Shown one piece after another: positions 57,701 to 64,000 of a stretch of 64,000 bases of DNA. Source of the stretch: Candidatus Latescibacterota bacterium (GTDB lineage: Bacteria; Latescibacterota; UBA2968; GCA-2709665); contig CAXXXF010000018.1 of assembly GCA_963667175.2 (NCBI GenBank), forward strand, positions 128,001-192,000. Direction: 5' to 3'. The first letter of the stretch is position 1; every line of letters starts with the position of its first letter. A program made the position numbers and the translations under genes. The notes under the pieces are model-generated. The model ran no database searches, was not told the origin of the DNA, and worked only from the letters and a program-made list of their open reading frames with translations.

Positions 57701-59441
57701 CCGCCAGCACCGGTTCATTCGGATCGTTGCTGTACAGCGTGAGTTCCGCCCGATGCATTCCCGTCTGTGCCGGGCGGAATACGACGTCGACGCTCTGTCG
57801 TTGGCTCGACGGGATACGCAGTGTGTCGTCCATGCTGACGGAGAATTGTACCGAGTCCGTCAGTTCGGCGCCGAAGACGGTCAGTACTCCGGCGCCCAGG
57901 TTTGAGACGCGGAGGACCGATGGCTGCTCGCGGCCGACGAACGTCCGGTCGAACACGATGCGTTCGGGAAAGACGCCGATATCCGGCGCCGCGCCGGTAC
58001 CCGAAAGAGGGAGGGTGAGGGTGGGGCGCCATGGGTCGTCGGTATCCATGGTCAGTGTTCCCTGCACGGGGCCTTCGTCCGTCGGACTGAATCCTAACCG
58101 GATTTCGACTTCCCCGGCCGGATCGACTTCGATCGGAAATGCGTCCAGGACGATGAATTCTTCCCGATTGGTGTTCGCGCCGGCCAGCGTGAGGGTGCGT
58201 CTGCCCGCGTTTCCGATGGGTAACGAGCGCGTCTCAAGATCTTTCACGACGACAGCGCCGAAATCGACACGGGTGGCGGTCAGACGGAGAACGGGCGACT
58301 GAAAGGCGGGGTCGAAGAGTTTGCGGACGCGGCCATTGCCCGTGTCCACGATGAGGAGGTCGCCGTCACGGTCGAGGACCACGCGGGAGGGCTCCCGGAG
58401 TTCGGCGAGCGCGGCGGGCCCGCCGTCGCCGGCGGCCCCGAAATTGCCCGTACCCGCAAGGGTGAAGATAATCCCGGCGCCGGGATCCACGGCGCGTACG
58501 CGGTTGTTGCCGGTATCCGATATATAGAGGGTCCCGTCGGCGCCGACGGCCACACCGCCGGGCAGATCGAGACGGGCGTCGGGCGCCGGTCCGCCGTCGC
58601 CCGAGAAAGCGCCTCCGCCGCCGAAGACGGGCCCGCGGCCGGCTACGGTGGTGATGATGCCCGTTTCCGCGTCCACGCGGCGAATCCGATAATTGTTGAA
58701 ATCGGCGATGAAGACGTTTCCGGAGGCGTCCACCGCAATGTCTTCTACGGTCAGGCCGGCCTCGACCGCCAGCCCGTCGTCGCCGCCGAACGAGAAATCG
58801 CCGTCGCCTGCAAGGGTGGTGATCGCGCCGCTTTCCAGATCGATTCTGCGGACCCGGTTGTTCCCGCGGGCCTGTCCGTCCAATCCGTCCGCGATATAGA
58901 GTCCGCCGCGGGGGCCCGCAGCCAGTGCGACAATTTCCCCGAATACGGCGGCGGCTGCCGGCCCGTCGTCCCCGTCAAAACCGAACGTTCCGTTGCCGGC
59001 GATCGTGGTGATGTTCCCCGTGACGGCGTCGATACGCCGGATGCGCCGGTTGCCGGTATCGCCGATGTAAATGTTGCCGGCGTCGTCAACCGCAACACCC
59101 TGGGGCCTTTCCAGTCGGGCCTGGACGGCGGGTCCGCCGTCTCCCGTAAACCCGGCTGCCCCGGCGCCGGCGACGGTCGTGATGCGTCCCGTGACCGCAT
59201 CCACCCTGCGGATGCGGTGGGCGCCCGTGTCCGCAATGTAGACGTGGCCGTCGGCGTCGGCGGCGACGCCCAGGGGGAGGCTCAGGGCAAGATCGGTCGC
59301 GGGGATATCCTCGCCTTCCCGGTTCCCTCCGCCTGCAATGGTGATCAGGGCGCCCCGTTCCTGAGCGAACGATACGTCCGCCAATGCGAGCAGTGCGCAG
59401 AATAGAAACAGAGTTCCGTGTGTTTTCCGAATGAAGCGCAT
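54723..59441 (-). CDS. Giant secreted multidomain protein: NHL repeats, two Ig-like (ASH-type) domains, FG-GAP/VCBS repeats with ASPIC/UnbV, invasin-like Ig, NHL repeats, dockerin/EF-hand
   Basis: GFxGDGGPA and YIADTGNxRIR repeats; WADYDGDGDPDLYV repeats; GGSYLSQD...FGLG...IRWPSG; poly-Pro linker; DFNDDGAVDFADF/DLDGNGTVGFGDF. Confidence 0.88.
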   Translation of the reverse strand: MRFIRKTHGTLFLFCALLALADVSFAQERGALITIAGGGNREGEDIPATDLALSLPLGVAADADGHVYIADTGAHRIRRVDAVTGRITTVAGAGAAGFTGDGGPAVQARLERPQGVAVDDAGNIYIGDTGNRRIRRIDAVTGNITTIAGNGTFGFDGDDGPAAAAVFGEIVALAAGPRGGLYIADGLDGQARGNNRVRRIDLESGAITTLAGDGDFSFGGDDGLAVEAGLTVEDIAVDASGNVFIADFNNYRIRRVDAETGIITTVAGRGPVFGGGGAFSGDGGPAPDARLDLPGGVAVGADGTLYISDTGNNRVRAVDPGAGIIFTLAGTGNFGAAGDGGPAALAELREPSRVVLDRDGDLLIVDTGNGRVRKLFDPAFQSPVLRLTATRVDFGAVVVKDLETRSLPIGNAGRRTLTLAGANTNREEFIVLDAFPIEVDPAGEVEIRLGFSPTDEGPVQGTLTMDTDDPWRPTLTLPLSGTGAAPDIGVFPERIVFDRTFVGREQPSVLRVSNLGAGVLTVFGAELTDSVQFSVSMDDTLRIPSSQRQSVDVVFRPAQTGMHRAELTLYSNDPNEPVLAVPLEGFGRESRPGGFIDVAGDRGVSDQGASFGAAWADYDGDGDPDLYVARSLQPNLLYRNDGGGFAELARRAGVADDGDGSAAAWADFDRDGDLDLYVTNFGQPNRLYRNDGGGFTEIAAQVGVDDGGDGYGAAWADVEGDGDPDLYVANFGENRFYRNEGDRFVEAAAETGLDDANSSLQPAWADYDDDGDADLFLANSGPNRLFRNDGGTFVDAASDAGLEELGLGGPSFGASWGDFDNDGDMDLFVTYFGEGNRLYVNTDGRFEEASSRFNVAGPDTVDSRGAVWGDFDNDGDQDLYVSNAGEKNNLYLNDGGTFNDVADSFRVAVGANSRGVALADFDGDGGPDIFVAVQDGADRLYRNQEFNGNWLAVRPRATRSSPDAIGTRVEIVFDGTPAIREISGGGSYLSQDALTAAFGLGDADRVDTLTIRWPSGIAQRLRNIPANTVLELTETAPPPPVRVALDAAAPALAANGEAQTRIRARILDARNEVALVNNRHLVFNVSSGDGAFVPGDTALVRDGLASVLFQAGATPGDVFASARFGGLPPGEIRITLLPPIGPDHTPIRTLAGTGGSQSSFGGDGGPAVLAFLNGPRGVAATAAGALYIADSGNNRVRRVGPDGTIHTIAGDGIGISIGAGGPAIEASLGDPRGLALTPGRDLIVGEVSGHIVRRIDLSSENIVAFAGRDIPGYGGDGRAAVDANLSGPVGVASDPSGNVWIAERFNHRVRKVDAGGIITTVAGSFQEGYAGDGGQATMAALNGPEGVAVDSRGRLYIADTGNHRIRMVDAEGVISTVAGTGEAGFSGDGGPGSTAILNGPVDVAVDNNGYLYIADTGNHRIRVLDLNLGIIQTVAGTGFPGFNQDEGAGTETSMNSPSGIATGPDGGVYIADTNNNSILQLTVTYPSDYQREPPPVPPPPPPPPSPDGAADFNDDGAVDFADFILFAQAYGSADARFDLDGNGTVGFGDFISFVTAFEQTPPSTRFRPESRF

Positions 59442-59492
59442 AGATTGGATTCGGGCGAAAACGTGTTTGGCGTTGCCCGGCTGGCGACGGGA

Positions 59493-60494
59493 TCAACGTC
59501 CTTCGAAGAGGTCCCGACCCCTGACCAGGGCTTCGATCTTGCGATCGGCAACGCTGCGTTGGAGCATCCAGAAACCGCAGTCGGGATGGACGCAGGCGAT
59601 GCGATCAGACCCGAGATGGCGTGCCGCGGCTTCGATGTCGGACGCAATTTCGTCCGGCGTCTCCACAATGTTGTTCTTTATGTCGATCACACCGATCCCG
59701 ATCCGTACCGATTCGGGAACGTCCTTCAGGCATTCGGCGTGTTCGATGCCCCAGCGTTTGAATTCGAGCACAAGATGGTCCGCCCTCAGTGCGGCGAGGT
59801 ATGGAATCAGGTCCTGCCATGTCCCGCGCTGAACGGTCTGGCCGCCGTAATTCCCGAAGCAGACGTGTACGGCTTTTTCATGCGGAACGGCATCGAGCAC
59901 GGTGTTTGCCGCCCTGGCGGCCCAAACGGCTTCTTCGGGGTGACCGGGGATATTGGCTTCGTCGATCTGTATCACCTCCGCGTCGACGTCGGCAACCTGT
60001 CTGGCGAGGACTTCACCCAGGGCCAGCGCCGCGGCCGCCGGGTCCCCGTAGTAGCGATCCATGAGGACTTTGCTGAGCATGTGGGGCCCGGTGAGGGTGA
60101 ACTTGATCGCCGACCGGGTCAGGGGCCGGACCATCCGGAAGTCCCCGGGCAGATTGAGTGTGCCTTCGTCGAGTTCGCGTTCGATCATGCCCGCGGGATC
60201 CGCGCGATAGGAAAGGCCGGCCTCCGTGCGAAATGCATTCAGGTCCTCTCGCCCGAATCGGGTCGTAATACCGCCCAATCTCTGCGCGAAGTAGTCAATC
60301 ATGCCGTTGGTTTCGGGATGATTGACGTCGAAACGGCAGAGTTCGCCGTCCGCGACAACGTCGATTCCCGCGTCTTCCTGGGTCTTCAATACGACACGAA
60401 CGGCATCGATCAGCGCCTGCCGGGACGGAGAGGCCCGCAGCCAGTCCGGTACGGGATAACTTCCAACGACGGTGGTGAGAATGCGGTGGGACAT
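59493..60494 (-). CDS. Cobalamin-independent methionine synthase II family ('core', half-length MetE-like)
   Basis: TTVVGSYP, DGE, TGPHML, IQIDE, HVCFGN and PDCGF zinc ligands; GAGG-free start chosen at ATG 60494 (MSHRILTTVVGS). Confidence 0.88.
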   Translation of the reverse strand: MSHRILTTVVGSYPVPDWLRASPSRQALIDAVRVVLKTQEDAGIDVVADGELCRFDVNHPETNGMIDYFAQRLGGITTRFGREDLNAFRTEAGLSYRADPAGMIERELDEGTLNLPGDFRMVRPLTRSAIKFTLTGPHMLSKVLMDRYYGDPAAAALALGEVLARQVADVDAEVIQIDEANIPGHPEEAVWAARAANTVLDAVPHEKAVHVCFGNYGGQTVQRGTWQDLIPYLAALRADHLVLEFKRWGIEHAECLKDVPESVRIGIGVIDIKNNIVETPDEIASDIEAAARHLGSDRIACVHPDCGFWMLQRSVADRKIEALVRGRDLFEGR

Positions 60495-60526
60495 GGTTGA
60501 GGAATTCGCGGGGAATCCGGCACAGA

Positions 60527-61741
60527 TCACTTGCGTAAGGATTGATCGTCGCCGGGTTGTCGGGGTCTAAATTCCTGGCGGATCGCCTCCAGTCTGTTGC
60601 GGTTCGCCGGATCGGGACTCCGGACGGCTTCGAGCAGGAACACGACCAGAATGCTCAGAAGCATGCTCAGACCGGCCGCAGTAACGACCATCAGCGCGCG
60701 CCGGGGTCGGCTCCGGTAATCGGGCGGCACAGCCGGGTCGAGAACCACGACCAGGGAGGTTTCCTTCTTCTCTTCGAAACTGCTTTTTTCGTACTCCTGC
60801 AGCAGGAATTGATAGACAAGGTTCCGAATCTCCATTTCGCGCATGTGTCGCAGGGCCTGCAGCCCCAGGTCGGGGATCTGATCCATCGGTAGCATGATGC
60901 CCGGCAAATCGCGACCTGCGCCGCCGCTGCTGTCCGGCCGCGATCCCGAGAGAATGCCGTGCAGCGCTTCTTTCGCGCCTTCGATCTCGATATCGAGTTG
61001 CCTGACTCTGCTGTTGTCGGGATTCATCTGGAGAGCGGCAATTTCGCGTCGGATCTTCATTTCGCCCAGCGTTGAGGCGATGAGGGAGAAGTAGGCGTCG
61101 ATCTGCGCCTTGGTCTGGCTCTCTACGTCTACGGCCGAATGTTCCTTCTGAAACGCATTGTAGGCCTGTTCTGCCTCGATCATGCTCCTTTCGGCCTGGG
61201 CGAGGCGTTTTTCCAGGTAACTGCGGAGGTCGCGCGCCTGTTGTTCGCGGCGGTGCCGCAGCGCAAGATCGAGTTCCTCGACGAAGGCATTGGCGATTTC
61301 GGCGGCCCGTTCTGGAGTTTCAGCCTCGTAGGACACGGTCAGGAACTGTTCCCGCGAGAGTTCCACGTCCAGCCGGTCATCGACCATCTGGAGGAGTTCC
61401 TCGCGGGTTTCGGCCTCGTACGCTTCATGAAGATTGAAACGGCGGATGATCGCCTGGGCCACCCGCTGGCTCTTGAGGATAGGTACGAATTCCGTGGCCG
61501 AAACCACGCTTTCCCCCATGCCCAGCATACCCACCGGCAGTTTTTCGAGAATGGCGGAAATTCCCAGCGTTCCCTGGCTCTCGCTGGGCGGAAAAAGCAC
61601 GGCGCTCGCCCGGTAGACCGGAGTCATGATCAGACTGACGCCGGCCGTCGCGACGGATACGGTGAGGCAGGTGACGAATATCGTTCGACGCCAGCGTACA
61701 AGGACGGCCAAGTGGTCGAGGAAGTTCTTTTCGGGTTCCAT
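60527..61741 (-). CDS. Wzz/GumC-type polysaccharide chain-length determinant (no kinase domain)
   Basis: N-terminal TM, PVYRASA, coiled coil, VLDPAVPP..RSRPRR, C-terminal TM. Confidence 0.88.
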   Translation of the reverse strand: MEPEKNFLDHLAVLVRWRRTIFVTCLTVSVATAGVSLIMTPVYRASAVLFPPSESQGTLGISAILEKLPVGMLGMGESVVSATEFVPILKSQRVAQAIIRRFNLHEAYEAETREELLQMVDDRLDVELSREQFLTVSYEAETPERAAEIANAFVEELDLALRHRREQQARDLRSYLEKRLAQAERSMIEAEQAYNAFQKEHSAVDVESQTKAQIDAYFSLIASTLGEMKIRREIAALQMNPDNSRVRQLDIEIEGAKEALHGILSGSRPDSSGGAGRDLPGIMLPMDQIPDLGLQALRHMREMEIRNLVYQFLLQEYEKSSFEEKKETSLVVVLDPAVPPDYRSRPRRALMVVTAAGLSMLLSILVVFLLEAVRSPDPANRNRLEAIRQEFRPRQPGDDQSLRK

Positions 61742-63420
61742 TAACGACTGATGCTCCGTACTGCGATGACCAGCGCGGCCACCTGCGAGAGTACGACCAG
61801 CGTTTCCCGGAAGAGGCGCCAGCCGTGCACGGGTTTCCTGCCCATGACAAAAATCGTGTCTCCTGGATTGACCTGTTGAATCCTTGAGGCCTTTGTCCAG
61901 TTTCCCGTGCTGCCCTGTATCACGTATATTTCGCCCTTCTCTGCCTGTTCATTCAACCCGCCGGCCCTGCTGATGTAGTCCTGGACGTCGAGATGCGGTT
62001 CGTAGGGAATCGCGCCGGGGGTGATGACGTATCCGTTGACCGCAACCGAGGGAACCAGCCTCGGTATCCGGACGATATCTCCGTCTCTGAGCATGATGTT
62101 CTGAGAATCGTCCTCTCTCTCGAAAAGAGCGGCAAAGTCTACCGGCAGGCGCCCCGACATCTGCTGTTTCTGCATGGCCATATAGGTCCGCTGGGCGTCG
62201 GTCAGGCTGATGGGGCCAACGCTCTGCAATTGCTTCGGAGCGGCGACGCCCGTCGGAAACTCGACGCGGCGGACCACGATGGATTGGGCGAGGGAGGCTT
62301 TGGACGTGAATCCGCCGGCCTTCCGGATCAGTTCTTTCAACGTCATCCCCGAACCGATGAAATAGGATCCGGGGAAATAGACTTCGCCTTCCACGGTGAC
62401 CCGGCGCTCCGTTACGGCCACGTGGAGTTTGTCTCCGGCGCGCAGGGGCAGGTTGGCATCCACGTCGCCGGCCAGCGCGTGCGAGAGGCGGACGGCGTTC
62501 CGTTCTTCGCGCCCTTCCGCGAAGAACGTGCGGAGCAGTTCGGCGCTGGCGGTGGCGTCGTCGCCGTTCAACCCCCCCGCGAGCGCAATCAGATCGGAAA
62601 CGCGATCCCCGGGGATGAATTCGTAGCTGCCGGGATTATAGACCGCGCCAGAGACACGCACCGAGTCCACCAGCGCGGGCACAAAGATCTGGTCTCCATC
62701 CAGCAGGAAGGGGTTGTGGGCGATATCGCCCGAAAGCCGCCACAACGCAAGGTCCGCTCTGCGTTCCGTATCCATCGGCCTGCCGAGTTCGGAAAGCCGC
62801 TGAATCTGAATATTCCGGCGCGAAGCCCTGCCGTCGGGAGGCTTGAGCAGCCCGCCCGCCTGGCTGATGAGTTCGGAAACCTGTTCGGTGCCTTCCACCA
62901 TGTAAGTGCCCGGATGCGCCACCTGGCCGACGACGTTGACCGGAAAACTGCGCAGCCGCGCAAGAGAGATCCGGATATCGAGCTGGTTCAGGCGCTCGCT
63001 GATCGCGCCCTGAATCTTCCGCCGGCACGCGCCGAGGTCGAGTCCGGCCAGCTGGATGGCGCCCACGTACGGGATCACCAGTTTGCCTTCCGCGCCGACA
63101 AGCACCGGGAGCGTGACGGGCTCCTCGCCGGCCTCGATATGGATGCTGAAGGTATCGCCGGGACCGACGATGTAGCGCTCGGAGCGAATGATCGCGTCGT
63201 AAGCGATCTTCCCGATCCATTTCACGTCCAGACCCTGCGTCTCGTCCGACTGAAGCGATGCGCCGATCGATTTTCGGTCGGACCTTCGCCGGCCCACGTC
63301 CCGTCCCGGACGGGTTTGCGCGAAGAGGATGACGGGTTCGGAGATCAGCCCGACGACGAGCGCGACCGCAACCAGCCGAAAGGCGAGAGACGGATTGCGA
63401 TAAGAGAAAAACCCTGTCAT
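61741..63420 (-). CDS. SLBB-domain polysaccharide export protein (Wza/KpsD-like)
   Basis: YIVGPGD, G.LVIPYVG and repeated V.G.V..PG.Y...LI..AGG SLBB units. Confidence 0.88.
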   Translation of the reverse strand: MTGFFSYRNPSLAFRLVAVALVVGLISEPVILFAQTRPGRDVGRRRSDRKSIGASLQSDETQGLDVKWIGKIAYDAIIRSERYIVGPGDTFSIHIEAGEEPVTLPVLVGAEGKLVIPYVGAIQLAGLDLGACRRKIQGAISERLNQLDIRISLARLRSFPVNVVGQVAHPGTYMVEGTEQVSELISQAGGLLKPPDGRASRRNIQIQRLSELGRPMDTERRADLALWRLSGDIAHNPFLLDGDQIFVPALVDSVRVSGAVYNPGSYEFIPGDRVSDLIALAGGLNGDDATASAELLRTFFAEGREERNAVRLSHALAGDVDANLPLRAGDKLHVAVTERRVTVEGEVYFPGSYFIGSGMTLKELIRKAGGFTSKASLAQSIVVRRVEFPTGVAAPKQLQSVGPISLTDAQRTYMAMQKQQMSGRLPVDFAALFEREDDSQNIMLRDGDIVRIPRLVPSVAVNGYVITPGAIPYEPHLDVQDYISRAGGLNEQAEKGEIYVIQGSTGNWTKASRIQQVNPGDTIFVMGRKPVHGWRLFRETLVVLSQVAALVIAVRSISR

Positions 63421-64000
63421 TCCGTGGTTGCCCCGTCTTTATCGACCCGCAGGACGGCAGTGTCGACCTGCATGTTCCGTCGCGCCCATGCGTTTTTCAT
63501 GGCCGTCGCAATATTCGGTGCGTCGTCGGTCGCAAAAGCAAGCAACGTCGGACCGGCGCCGCTGAGGCAGGCGCCCATGGCTCCCGCGTCTTCGGCTGCC
63601 TTGAGCACTTCTTCGATTCCCGGCACGAGGGAAGCCCGGTATGGCTGATGGAGGCGGTCGCGCATCGCGGATCTCAGAGCGCGAAGCTCTCCGCTCATCA
63701 GCGCTGCCGTCACGAGACACGCGCGGCCCACGTTGAAGACCGCGTCCCGGTGCGGCACCTGTTCCGGCAGGGCCGCGCGCGCGGCTTCCGTTTCGAGTTC
63801 GAAGCGGGGAACCGCGACCACCGCGCGAAGTTCCCGCGGCGGCAGGGCCCGGATCGTATCGACCCGACCGTTTTCACGGGAACAGACGACCAGACCGCCC
63901 AGGAGGCACGGCGCGACGTTATCGGGATGGCCTTCCAGTTCGGTGGCGAGGTCGAGAAGGGCGGGTTTGGAAAAGGGCTCTCCCATCAGCAGATTGGCCG
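63417..64000 (-). CDS. thrB: Homoserine kinase (5'-truncated by window edge)
   Basis: EGHPDNVAP, RAALP, DAVFN, DRLHQPYR, LSGAGPT. Confidence 0.92.
   Translation of the reverse strand, partial: ANLLMGEPFSKPALLDLATELEGHPDNVAPCLLGGLVVCSRENGRVDTIRALPPRELRAVVAVPRFELETEAARAALPEQVPHRDAVFNVGRACLVTAALMSGELRALRSAMRDRLHQPYRASLVPGIEEVLKAAEDAGAMGACLSGAGPTLLAFATDDAPNIATAMKNAWARRNMQVDTAVLRVDKDGATTE

Overview
GC-rich bacterial chromosomal window with no rRNA, tRNA, CRISPR array or intact transposase visible. The protein repertoire (CarboxypepD-reg-type TonB receptor, PorV/PorQ-like barrel, 'PNPFN' FlgD/T9SS-type C-terminal domains, a DUF6785-like membrane protein, an NHL/FG-GAP giant protein with a dockerin-like end) suggests a non-Bacteroidota FCB-group organism such as Latescibacterota or Gemmatimonadota, possibly host-associated; this is an inference. 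Main blocks: (1) 0.7-13.7 kb, a TonB-dependent receptor, a T9SS-CTD protein and a PorV-like gene, followed by a signal-peptide relic and three mosaic paralogs of secreted double-Cache-like proteins that have a T9SS-type CTD and no signalling output; (2) 13.9-20.8 kb, a partly decayed catabolic locus including a 183-bp in-frame MITE; (3) rimB-rimK-deacylase; (4) uppP and assorted enzymes and transporters; (5) 33.5-43.6 kb, a FadR-regulated, fully split corrinoid methyl-transfer operon (MtaA/CmuA-like, corrinoid protein, ASKHA activator, MetF-MetV fusion, AcsE-like, homocysteine methyltransferase and three small or unknown proteins); (6) IMPase-LbH-GHMP kinase genes divergent from nagA; (7) recD2, a DUF4258/DUF2283 toxin-antitoxin pair split by a MITE, and a thrB-wza-wzz-metE(core)-giant protein-tsaC run. 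Several families of miniature repeats occur in intergenic regions. All family calls come from motif recognition by eye, with no database searches.
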